A stretch of DNA of 64,000 nt from Chrysomallon squamiferum (taxonomy: Eukaryota > Animalia > Mollusca), in the NCBI GenBank assembly GCA_012295275.1, contig CM022675.1:13888001-13952000 (forward strand), read 5' to 3'. The translations under genes were made by a program, and so were the position numbers. The stretch's first letter is position 1; the number at the start of each line of letters is the position of its first letter. Below, piece after piece: positions 13,234 through 27,067 of the stretch. Under the pieces are notes generated by a model that saw nothing but the letters and a program-made list of their open reading frames with translations, made no database searches and was not told where the DNA came from.

Positions 13234-14539
13234 AATTTAAATAGAGCATGATCTCTTTTCATTTGGGTAATAAAATGCAGGTATAATATTTGTTAGTCAA
13301 ATATAACTTTCTTAATAGTTCACTGACTTGCAGTGAATTAGATTTATAAAATTAAATATATTACTTCAGCAACAAAAGGTGTAATTCACAAAAAAGATAA
13401 TGAATTATTATGCAATTTACTATCATCTGAATACTGCTAAATAAAACAAATATTTGACAAGATAAAATAAATTCTATGGTTTATTTTTAAAATGTGTTAG
13501 TAAAACACTGAGTAAATTATTTTATTTTTATTTTAACTCTGATGTTTTCATGGAGGACAAAAACTTGTAATTTTTTTCTTTTTTCTGACAGGCCTGCCTA
13601 AAGTGGACACAAGACCAAAGGAAGAAATCATCAGAGAGAAACTATTGACAGTTTTAGAGTCAGCATATCCAAATGTGTTAGCTGTAGAAGATCTTGTTAG
13701 GTAAACACTTTATTATTAAAACTAATGTTTTAGCTGTAGAAGATCTTGTTAGGTAAACACTTTATTATTAAAACTAATGTGTTAGCTGTAGAAGATCTTG
13801 TTAGGTAAACACTTTATTATTAAAACTAATGTGTTAGCTGTAGAAGATCTTGTTAGGTAAACACTTTATTATTAAAACTAAATGTGTTAGCTGTAGAATA
13901 TCATGTAATCATTTTATAATTAAAACTAATGTGATAATTGTAGGAAATTTATAAGCATTTTATTATTAAAACCAATGTGTTAGCTGTAGAAAATCTTGTA
14001 AATGTTTTTTTTTTTATTAAAACTAATATGATAGCTGTAAAAAAATTCATGTAAACAGTAAACACATTATGTGTTAGTTGTAGAAGATTCTATAAACATT
14101 TTATTACTGATAAATCCTTACACGTGACAGTAAATAACTTGTTAGTTTAACACAGTCAGATTCAAACCTGTATTTTGTCAAACGTAATGTCAGACAATGA
14201 TAATATATTACAGAAAGTTTAAAAAACATTTAAAATAAATATTTAAGTGGTTACAGTATAAGACTATTTTGTTACAGAATCACAGCGTCAGACGAGGGCA
14301 TCGTCACAGAGCAGCTACAGCAGCTGTACCAGCAGGAACTCGTCAGACAGATGGAGCACGGAGGATTTGTTAGACAAGTCCTGGACACTCAGACTGGTAT
14401 TTGTTTTGCTTTTTGTTTTGTTTTTTTTGTTTGTTTGTTTTGTTTCTTTATTTGTTATACATTTTTATATTTATAGGTGTTGTTGAGAATTGTGAGTGAA
14501 TGAAAGGAAAATGTTGATAGTTATTTAGTTGAATGAAAA

Positions 14540-14598
<59 letters not shown>

Positions 14599-16539
14599 TT
14601 ATCATAGAGACAAGAGAAAGATGACATCATAAAAATGGGATACAGATACAGATGTGTAGTTACTAAGAGTTTAAAATGAGAGATACACAGGTATAATTAC
14701 TAAGAGTTTAAAAAGAGAGATACACTTGTATAATTACTAAGAGTTTAAAATGAGAGATACACTTGTATAATTACTAAGAGTTTAAAAAGAGAGATACACA
14801 GGTATAATTACTAAGAGTTTAAAAAGAGAGATACACTTGTATAATTACTGAGAGTTTAAAAAGAGAGATACACTTGTATAATTACTAAGAGTTTAAAAAG
14901 AGATATACAGGTTTAATTACTGAGAGTTTAAAAAGAGAGATACACTTGTATAATTACTAAGAGTTTAAAAAGAGATACACTTGTATAATTACTAAGAGTT
15001 TAAAAAGAGATACACTTGTATAATTACTAAGAGTTTAATGAGAGATACACTTGTATAATTACTAAGAGTTTAAAAAAGAGATACACAGGTATAATTACTA
15101 AGAGTTTAAAAAGAGATACACAGGTTTAATTACTAAGAGTTTAAAAAGAGAGATACACAGGTTTAATTATTAAGGATTTAAAAAGAGATGTACAGGTATA
15201 ATTATTAAGAGTTTAAAATGAGAGATACACTTGTATAATTACTAAGAGTTTAAAAAGAGAGATACACTTGTATAATTACTAAGAGTTTAAAATGAGAGAT
15301 ACACAGGTTTAATTACTAAGAGTTTAAAAAGAGAGATACACAGGTATAATTACTAAGAGTTAAAAAAGAGATACACAGGTTTAATTACTGAGAGTTTAAA
15401 AAGAGAGATACACTTGTATAATTACTAAGAGTTTAAAAAGAGATACACAGGTATAATTACTGAGAGTTTAAAAAGAGATACACAGGTTTAATTACTGAGA
15501 GTTTAAAAAAAGAGATACACTTGTATAATTACTGAGAGTTTAAAAAAAGAGATACACAGGTATAATTACTGAGAGTTTAAAAAAAGAGATACACTTGTAT
15601 AATTACTAAGAGTTTAAAAAGAGATACACTTGTATAATTACTGAGAGTTTAAAAAAAGAGATACACTTGTATAATTACTGAGAGTTTAAAAAAAGAGATA
15701 CACAGGTTTAATTACTGAGAGTTTAAAAAAAGAGATACACAGGTATAATTACTAAGAGTTTAAAAAGAGATACACTTGTATAATTACTAAGAGTTTAAAA
15801 AGAGAGATACACTTGTATAATTACTGAGAGTTTAAAAAAAGAGATACACTTGTATAATTACTGAGAGTTTAAAAAGAGATACACAGGTTTAATTACTAAG
15901 AGTTTAAAAAGAGAGATACACAGGTTTAATTACTAAGAGTTTAAAAAGAGATACACAGGTATAATTATTAAAAGTTCAAACTAAGATACAGAGGTATAAC
16001 TGTTACAGAGTTAAAATGATGATGATGTTGTTGTTTTCACAGAGGTGCAAGTTGTCAAACAGATGCCAACGATTGCAGCCAACCAGCAGCCGACAATTGC
16101 CATCATCACTGCGTTGTACTGTGAGAAACTCGCTATCGACGCCATGATGGAAAACAAGAAAACCTACGTCAAGTACAAAACAGAAGGTAGTTTACTCAGT
16201 CTGGTGTGACTTTGTTACCTCTAATTTGAATCATAACTGATTTTTGTTATTGATGTGAAAAGTCTAAAGTGAAACTGGCTGTGTGTTTGTTTACATGTGT
16301 TCGTATTATAAGACTTTATCAGTGGGACTCCTTCATTCTAAACTAGTTTCATCTAACATTTAACAATTTTCAGTTTAATGTCCGGATCAGTCTTATGGGA
16401 ATTTTTGCACCTATCAGACTGATATGGTGCAGTGGTATAGTTCAGTCTAATGTGAATTTTTCTAATAATTACGTTTTAGTAATGTTACCTTTTCTCTTTC
16501 CATTTCATTTTCTATTTCATTTTTTTTTTTTTATTTTAT

Positions 16540-16579
<40 letters not shown>

Positions 16580-17969
16580 TATATATACTTTTTTTAAATA
16601 TATGGCATCGTGCTTCATTCAGCTGCATGTTTGTAAATACAGATTTTGTGTTGCTGATTTCAGGAGAGTCGAATGTCTACACAATTGGTTACATAGGAGA
16701 ACACAAAGTAATCTCAACCAAACTTCCAGCCATCGGTCACTTCCGAGCAGCCCAGATAGCTGCGGGAAACACAACAACCAGATTACTGGGTACTATGTTT
16801 GTTTATATTATAAAATCTTCTAACAGTTATTGTAATAGTTATAGTTACAAAGTGTTGTAATAGTTATAAAGCGTTTTTGTAGTTAAAATCATACTTTAGT
16901 AATTGAAATAGTTAAATTATATAATATTGTAATAGTTGTACTTACAAAGTATAACAGTTATAAAATTTAGTTATAGTTAAATGATACTTGATTATAATAG
17001 TTTATCTTGTAAAGACTTGTAATAGTTTCAGTTACAGCCTTGTAATAGTTCAGGTTATAAAGTCTTGTAACAGCTAAAACTGTAATGTCATGGAAATCAG
17101 ATTATAGTTTAATTACTGTTTTATTCATTATTTAATAATTAGTCAGCCCAAGAAGTAAACAGTGGCTGCCATGTATTTGAATGACTGACTGATTGTTTAT
17201 AAAACCACAGTTCTGTTTTCAAACTGCAGGTGGATTTCAGAACATAGAACACGTGTTTATAATGGGTGTGGCTGGGGGTGTGTCTCACCTCACTGACTAC
17301 TACAAACACCTGCGCCGCGGCGACGTGCTCATCTCAAAGTGTAACGACAAGGGCTACATCTACTACTACTGTGACAAGATCCTGCAGGACAAGGAGGAGA
17401 ACATCCACTACGTGCTGAAGAACTGGGCCCCTCGCGACCTCGTCCTCCAGAGAATCGCAGAGAAGATCGAGGATTATCAGAAGGCTAATCCGGATTATGC
17501 CCCCTGGGAGAGGTACATTCAGGATGGCCAGCAGCTGCTTAAGGACCAGGAGGCAGACTTCAATCGACCTGCTGCAGCCACTGATCGCCTGTACATGAGT
17601 ATTGGTGACAATCAGGTGATTGAGGTGCAGCACCCCGAGGTTCCCAGCGGAGAGGTGCACCGCGACGATGTTCCCATGCTGAGGTACGGCGTGGTCGGGT
17701 CAGGTCGCCCCGTTGTGAAACACGAAACAACAAAACTGGACTTTGCCACCAAGTACGGCATTTCGGCGTTCGACACGGAGTTCGACCAGGTCCTCGAGTC
17801 CATCGTGGGCAACAGAAAGGACAGCTTCATGTTTGTGAGGGGAATCTGCGACTACCACGACGGCTCAAAGGGAAAAGAGTGGCAGCCGTATGCCGCGCTG
17901 GCTGCCGCAGCCGTTGTGAAGACAATTATTAAATCTCTTCATAACCCGCAGCTAGACGAACAGTATTGA
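4077..17969 (+). CDS. Spliced gene: uncharacterised N-terminal domain + winged helix-turn-helix + PNP_UDP_1 (nucleoside phosphorylase / MTA-SAH nucleosidase fold) protein, 589 aa (572 aa without microexons)
   Basis: Coding exons 4077-4095, 4372-4518, 8243-8325, 9058-9169, 9773-9892, 10863-10889, 12206-12229, 13592-13700, 14278-14396, 16043-16186, 16664-16789, 17230-17969. All have AG/GT borders and compatible phases and join into a 1770-nt open frame. PNP-fold motifs: IAIITALYCE, MGVAGGV, LRRGDVLIS, YGVVGSG, AFDTE, FVRGICDYHDGSKGKEWQPYAALAAAA. Confidence 0.9.
4372..4518 (+). CDS. wHTH-PNP gene coding exon 2
   Basis: taacag|AAATAG...CCACAG|gtacgt; EIVMTPTKKGKATHIKIERKQKKQSADVDSVVHVAGGEHKGLVITKEST. 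Confidence 0.8.
4825..5510. repeat. Minisatellite: ~60-bp unit x4 grading into degenerate ~47-bp units
   Basis: catctcactgggtctgcttatatgccatgttgtgtttgattttat...; atctaacaatatatacaacac... Confidence 0.85.
6760..7970. repeat. 27-bp AT-rich minisatellite (~45 units) with a 508-bp higher-order duplication
   Basis: Unit aatgtaagtaaaagagttaatataa(g/a)t; a rare variant recurs at 6891 and 7399. Confidence 0.95.
8243..8325 (+). CDS. wHTH-PNP gene coding exon 3
   Basis: ttttccag|GAGAGG...TTCGTG|gtttgt; GEDDFGKPELQIGFMCFLLDQKTNKHFV; phase 1 to 0. Confidence 0.8.
9058..9169 (+). CDS. wHTH-PNP gene coding exon 4
   Basis: tttgtag|GAAAGT...CAAGAG|gtgtga; ESRKLQFWYKEGTDYYHQVTTAYEFFKELVRPENFPR. Confidence 0.85.
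9460..9745. repeat. 33-bp minisatellite
   Basis: acaggttgatattatatttatttactatgcttt. Confidence 0.9.
9773..9892 (+). CDS. wHTH-PNP gene coding exon 5
   Basis: ttttcag|ACTAC...ACCCAG|gtaatt; DYIGFIKKCMKQMQGEKYALAKKVDLEIEQLEEGEAPSDP. Confidence 0.85.
10863..10889 (+). CDS. Candidate 27-nt symmetric (phase 1-1) microexon, ANMIPVEEF
   Basis: ACTAAC branch-like motif 10828-10833, pyrimidine tract, tctgcttag|CCAAT...TTTG|gtaggt; in frame, no stop. Confidence 0.6.
12206..12229 (+). CDS. Candidate 24-nt symmetric (phase 1-1) microexon, GIEGIRRN
   Basis: tttactgctgctag|GAATT...CAATG|gtaagt; in frame; keeps two CpGs in an otherwise CpG-poor intron. Confidence 0.6.
12300..12612. repeat. ~50-bp minisatellite x6
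   Basis: tctagtaaaaacttgacttttcactgtgaaattagaatttatctaacttg. Confidence 0.9.
13592..13700 (+). CDS. wHTH-PNP gene exon 8 (first half of winged helix)
   Basis: ttctgacag|GCCTG...GTTAG|gtaaac; GLPKVDTRPKEEIIREKLLTVLESAYPNVLAVEDLVR. Confidence 0.88.
13672..14105. repeat. 52-bp tandem repeat seeded by the exon 8 / intron junction
   Basis: aatgtgttagctgtagaagatcttgttaggtaaacactttattattaaaact x4 near-perfect, then degenerate copies. Confidence 0.92.
14278..14396 (+). CDS. wHTH-PNP gene exon 9 (recognition helix and wing)
   Basis: gttacag|AATCAC...AGACTG|gtattt; ITASDEGIVTEQLQQLYQQELVRQMEHGGFVRQVLDTQT. Confidence 0.88.
14650..16010. repeat. ~36-39-bp minisatellite (~35 units), preceded by (GA)n at 14546-14596
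   Basis: gagatacac(ttg/agg)tataattactaagagtttaaaaa. Confidence 0.95.
16043..16186 (+). CDS. wHTH-PNP gene exon 10 (start of PNP domain)
   Basis: ttttcacag|AGGTG...CAGAAG|gtagtt; EVQVVKQMPTIAANQQPTIAIITALYCEKLAIDAMMENKKTYVKYKTE. Confidence 0.9.
16664..16789 (+). CDS. wHTH-PNP gene exon 11
   Basis: atttcag|GAGAG...TACTGG|gtacta; GESNVYTIGYIGEHKVISTKLPAIGHFRAAQIAAGNTTTRLL. Confidence 0.9.
17230..17969 (+). CDS. wHTH-PNP gene last coding exon (PNP_UDP_1 core)
   Basis: actgcag|GTGGA...CAGTATTGA; lies within ORF 17193..17969; strong GC3 codon bias and PNP-family motifs. Confidence 0.95.
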
Positions 17970-20900
17970 ATTTGGTGCTTTTCTTCATTTTTTTTTATCT
18001 TAGTAACTATGGTAACGGTCGTGTGAATATATAGATTTTAAAAAATTGTTAGTTTTCTGAATGGAAACTAAATTGGGCTGATACTGATTGGAAATATCTG
18101 CTTGTTGCTAAATACACTGTTAGAATTGTCTGCATTAGAACTGAAATTTATTAACACAACTTTCTAAATTAAAATAGTGTATGAAAATTAAAATAGTGTA
18201 TGAAAATGATTTATGGAGATGAAATGCTGTTATTCTAGACAAAAGAAGAGTTACTGGACATTAAGTGTTTGAGATTTTCTCACGTTTAAAGTGATCTAAG
18301 TTTAATGTCATAACTTTCCATGACGTTAATAAGATATAAACTTTTAAGTACATTCCATTTATAGAAAGTTGTTTGTTATTTAATGAATAGAACTAAATTG
18401 TTAGTTATTATTTAAACTTTTCAAAAATGTTTTCTACTTACTGAGAAATGTTAATTTACCATTCCTTGTCGAGAAATCATGAGAAAAAAAAATTAATTTA
18501 TCATCATTGTTGTATTATTATTATTTTATTTACTTTTATTAGTTTAATATTATTATTATTATCATTTTCAATAATATTCTTTAAATATCATTTTCAGCAT
18601 AGATAACATTTAAATATGCTTCTGCAATTAGACCTTTTGTTTAGTTATAATTTGAGAGATGTAGAATAGATTTTTATTTTTAATAAATGAATTAGAATTT
18701 TAATTATCTGGAGTATTTTGAGAAAATTGGCAGTTAATAAACAAAATGATCTTAGCTTGAAGTAAACAGACTGTGTGTGTGTGTATGTGTGTGTCTTTCA
18801 GGGAGTGAGAGAGAGAGACAAAGAGAAAGAATAAACTGCATTTACTTACCATTAAATATAATTTGTGTCACACTGAGACAGTTTATTACATGTATACAGA
18901 ACAGAAACAAAACTAAACTGATTAAAATAGTAAATAATTAAAAATAAAACCAAAAATAGTTCTGTCAGTATCTCTTTTTCAGTTTGTGTTATATAACTTA
19001 AATTTGTCATTTCTTTCTCCAGAAGTACAGTAATATTAACACTAGATACATCAGTTTTAACATTTAATTAACATTACAATTTATATTTATTTTTTTCTCT
19101 AGAAATACAGTAATATTAAACTAGTTACATCAGTTTTAACATTTAATTAACATTATAATTTATTTTTGTCATTGCTTTCTTCAGAAATACAGTAATATTG
19201 ACATTAGTTTGAAGATTATAAATGTGATGAACTGACACATTTCACTTGTATTGTTGCCTTGTCTAGAGAAATCTTCCATAGTGGCCTTGTCTTGCTGCAT
19301 CATGTTTATAAACATGTTTTGTGTAACTGTGTGTACTGTACACTATTACCTTATATTAACCATGTTTAATACAATGTTATTTACCATTTAATAACAAACC
19401 ATATTATTTAGTATTCTGTGCTTACAATTATGTCATATTTAAAACAGTGTATTATCGGATATTTAATCTGTTGTACTACTTACATGTTTTAAACATTTCA
19501 TTACAAATCATATTGTACATTGTACTGAAATCATATTTTAAGCAATGGTGTTTGATATGTCAAAATAAACATGGCAGTTTTGAGTATGTGTTCACTTTAA
19601 AACACTTATTTAAGATGCTGCAATTTGACTGTAAACTGTATTTCAAAAAAATGTTAGATTATCAGATATAAAAACTATTACATTACATACAATGTTTAAC
19701 AAACAATATTACATGCTCTATATATGTATTGAATTATGTAAAATAAACATTACATAGACCACATATGTATTAGGTTATTAAATATAAATAATATTACATA
19801 CACAATTTTTATTAAATTATTTAATATGAGCAATAATACATACACTATATATGTAATATAAATTATATACCATTTGCTACAATATAAGTATAAACAAAGT
19901 GTAATACACTGAATTATTTATGTATGACATTGTTTAACAAATTAATCAAATTGTCTCAGTTTATTTATTTTTGTATCCTTGTTGTGTCTGCATTATAAAG
20001 TACTTCTCTTAATATTATTACTGTAGACTGCTAGAATTTATTTATATTGTTTATGCTAAATTATAACTTTGTAGACTGCTAGAATATATTTATATTGTTT
20101 GCACCAATTAATACTTTGTAGACTGCCACAAATTTTTACTTATTTTGGGCTTCCTCTTTGTCATATTGTTATGTTTTAAAAAAATATATTTGTGTTGATT
20201 TTATACTAATTTTTTTTCATATGTATACTCAGGCAAATTGTTGCGTTCAGCTATTCCATTTTTAACAGTCATTGTTAATTTGTTCAAATTTTGTCATCAG
20301 AACCATTCCATTGTCTACATTCGTTTTTCTGTTGTCAAGTTATTAGCTACACTTGTTTGTTTGTGTAAAACAATAATGTACGAAATTCAGATATTAAAAT
20401 AATTAATCTTCATAATTACCAAATGTTTTGTCAACTTTTTTTTTTTACATTCAGAAATGGTCTTGTTTTTAGAGAATGTAGTAAATTTGCATATACTGCT
20501 TCAAAATAACCAATATGAACTTGATTTAATAAAAACAGTTCAGTAACCATGAAGGTTTTAAAAACCAGATTCAGGGTTTGAAGACAAATATTTTCTGTCA
20601 GTGATTCTGAAGGCCAGAAAAAATATATTCTGACCAGTGTTTTTTCAGCATTTGGTGGTTGTATTTACAACTGAATTTGTGCCTCTCGAACATTCTGCAA
20701 ATTTAACCATTTGGGCGAAGCAACCTTATTTTACTTTTTGTATCGTAAAATATCTGTTTTAAGTCTTTTTTTCCCCCTCCCATCATTCAAAACATGTATA
20801 ATGTGATTAATCAATATTTTAGACCAATACAGATTTATTTTTACATTCATATAATATGTTCTTTTTTTCAAGTTGTGAACTACAATGGACGAAACCAATA

Positions 20901-21033
20901 AAATTGTTTTGAAAATGAATACAAATACTGAATATTTGAAATTTATATTTTGTACAATATTTTTAGAGGATTCAGTAATACAGGTTTGCTACAACTTGTG
21001 ATAAGACAAAACACCACATTTTGTATAAAAACA

Positions 21034-21039
21034 TTTATT
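21034..21039 (-). terminator. Likely polyadenylation signal of the hnRNP A/B gene
   Basis: AATAAA on minus strand followed by a GU/U-rich tract (tgtggtgttttgtct); alternative AATAAA at ~21152 and 21545. Confidence 0.5.
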
Positions 21040-21929
21040 TAAGACTAGTGACATGAACAGATCTGATGAGGGTAAGAAACATGAAATGAAGACATTTTTT
21101 ACTGAATCTAAAAAAAAAAAAACATTTCTAAAATATTTGGCACTAGCCTTTTTATTGTCCAACTATAAAACAAGTCAACCATTTTGGAGGAATAAAAAGT
21201 AAAACTCAGAATTAACACGTCATCAGTATGACTATCAGCAACACATTCAACATGGCAAGTTTAAAACCATTAGACCTGCCACTGGTTCACTAGACTTGCC
21301 ATTTGCTTCCAGTACTTTCTGATTCTCATCAGTTGTGGCAGTGCTGGTGAATGGATACCGAGGTTTTACAACAGTCTATGTCTTGTGTCTTAGTCACAGC
21401 TTATGTCAGTGATCAGTTTGATGTTTAGCCTGGTGATCAATGCTCTGACGTTTGTCATGCCAGTGATCACAACACTGATTCAACAATCTGATTCCGTCTT
21501 ATAAAACTGATTTTTAATTCTGATAAAATTTCACTGCTCATCCATTTATTCCCCTGTAAAGATCACTGTCCTGCAATTTAAAAAAAAAATTAAAATTAAT
21601 AAAACTTACATGCTAGAGATTTGTTTACTGTACATATAGCTAGGAATGCCACATTGAAAAGTTTTCTGAAAGTTAATTTCTTTCCCAAACAGAAAAACCC
21701 CAGTACTGACAGATGCTGAAACTACATTTTAAATAAACCCCATTTCTTTCAAATCATGCCTTTTTAAATGTTATTTATTTATCATTGTTCACCATTAAGT
21801 TTACATTTATTCTAATGTTTAGGTCTTTTTTTCATTTTAGTTTTTATTAGTTTACTCTGCAAAGCACCCTTGAACAAACTGTTAAAATACAGTTTTCACT
21901 GACCTGGTATAGCTGTCATGTAGCACTTG

Positions 21930-25063
<3,134 letters not shown>

Positions 25064-25094
25064 ACTGACAAGATGTTAAAACTAAAAGATGAAG

Positions 25095-25232
25095 AACAAA
25101 ATGGCTTAAACAACGTGCTACTAGCCGGCTTTTTATTAGTGAAAGACACGTGACATAGCACGTGACCAATTTCCAATCACGTGGAAATTGAACGCGGTAA
25201 ACTGGCTAATCAAAGTGGACGCGCGGTAACTT
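25095..25232 (-). promoter_or_regulatory. hnRNP A/B core promoter
   Basis: YY1/Inr-like GCCATTTT (minus, ~25098-25105), TATA-like TAATAAAAAG ~30 nt upstream, three CACGTG E-boxes (25147, 25159, 25178), two CCAAT (25166, 25173), two CGCGGTAA. Confidence 0.7.
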
Positions 25233-26341
25233 TCACTGGGTTTGTTTTGTTTTGAAGTGTTGTTTTTGTGAATTGTACTCGCTCAGTATACTTTAGTGTC
25301 ACATGTCAGGTTTGTGAATCACTCAGGTGATACAAATCTGGTGTTTATAACTGACCTAAATTTTTATAACGTTGAAAATATTAATTTTTGCTGGATTTAA
25401 TTTCAATAAACATTTTAGTGTAACTACTATAACTTGTATAAGCTAGGTTAAAAACTAACACAAGCAAACTTTGTAATCTTACATCTTAGAGAGATTTTAC
25501 TAATATATTGCTACGATTTTTATTTTGGGTAAAAAAAAAAAAAAAAAAAAATAGTTAAAAAAAAACTATTTATCGCTTGTCAAATTTGTCAAATTGTCTT
25601 TTACTGCTTTCACACAAGGAGTCATACTTCGCTATAACCTGTGTTCTCCGAAAATGTTCCTTCTGATCGAAATGAATTTCGCAGGCGGCGCTGATCTATT
25701 TAAAACAAAATTCATGACTTTTTATATCATATTTTATTTATTTATTTTTATTTTATAAACAAAACTGATACAAATGTAAAAAAAACCGCTATTAAACAAA
25801 GACAGAGATAATACATAATATTCAGATTGAATTATAACTATTTCGATTATTAAATAAAATTAATGTTGTAAATGAAATTACTATAATTCCCTTTCAGATG
25901 TCCCCCCCCCCCGATCATTTGCGAGATTAATTGCTGTTGAACCGTCCATTGTTTGGTATACATTGTTTACGCTATCGCTTACGTAATTGCTAATTACACT
26001 TTTTTTCACGTCACAGATGTCAGACAATGTGTTAATTGTCAGTAATACTCCCCCCCTCCCTCTTTGAAGCGTCGGATTAAAACGTACTTTCTACAGCTCT
26101 CCTTTGTTTTAAACAGCGGGCGTCTGCTGAAGATGTCTGAAGAACACTATAAACCTGAGAGTAAGTTACACAGACGGATTAGCTGTTTTTATTAACGATT
26201 AAACATCTGTATCATACGCCGGGCTTTGTAACGGTTCACAGAAAGTCTGGACTGGATAAAAGGCTGAAAGAAACAAAACGTTTTCTTATATCACACCACT
26301 AAGGACTTTTTTACTACTGTTTGTTTGTTAAAGGTAAAAAG

Positions 26342-26433
<92 letters not shown>
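26342..26433. repeat. (AAT)n microsatellite
   Basis: Direct reading. Confidence 0.95.
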
Positions 26434-26501
26434 CCTATTTTATTTCAGTATCTATTCAAAGAGAGTATTAACGATTTTATGAATATTAGTGTCGTTGAAA
26501 C

Positions 26502-27067
26502 TATTCCAGGAAAAAAGTCACAATATTTTTGTTTATTAAAATTAAGAAATGTATTAGAAATGAAAGATATGTTCTTTGGTTTTAATGTTGCTGGTTTAGG
26601 TGGATGTTCCACCCAATACCACGAGGAAATTCAGCCACAGTCGCAAATTGCAGTCCTCAAGGTTCTTTCTGTAAGTCTTTATCATTGAACCTCAACAATT
26701 ACAACTAGATTTTTTTGATGTATTTTCACCAAAACTTTTTTTGTGAGTTGCATGTTTGGTATACATAGCAGATTTTGTTACCACCCTTATTGGTATGAAT
26801 AACTTCCATATTAAACATACTTCTGATACTAGAGCAAGCTGGAGAACATATAGTGAAACATTTTAACCTGGGACATTTTATAAATCATTTAAAGTAGGAA
26901 CCCTTAGTTTAAATCTATCCTAATCAGTAAACTAAACCCAATATCAAGCCCCTTTCTTTAATCTAGCCTAATCAATAAGCTTAAGAATTTCCCCATGTAT
27001 ACTATGATGCCATATTCAATACTCTATAAACCAATACATTCATTCTGTGACTTTTATTTCAGTCACC
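26502..27067 (-). mobile_element. Non-autonomous MULE/FLYWCH deletion derivative, copy A
   Basis: Ends carry GGAAAAAAGTCACA / TGTGACTTTTATTT; the body is the reverse complement of 28758-29350 with indels. Confidence 0.75.

Noticed and set aside
13592-14396. Z-alpha (Z-DNA/RNA binding) assignment for the winged helix
   Set aside because: Spacing is similar and LY is present, but the conserved Asn and the P-P-x-W wing motif are absent; only generic wHTH is supportable
17334-17830. Minus-strand ORFs of 108 and 72 aa
   Set aside because: Antisense shadows of the GC3-rich PNP exon
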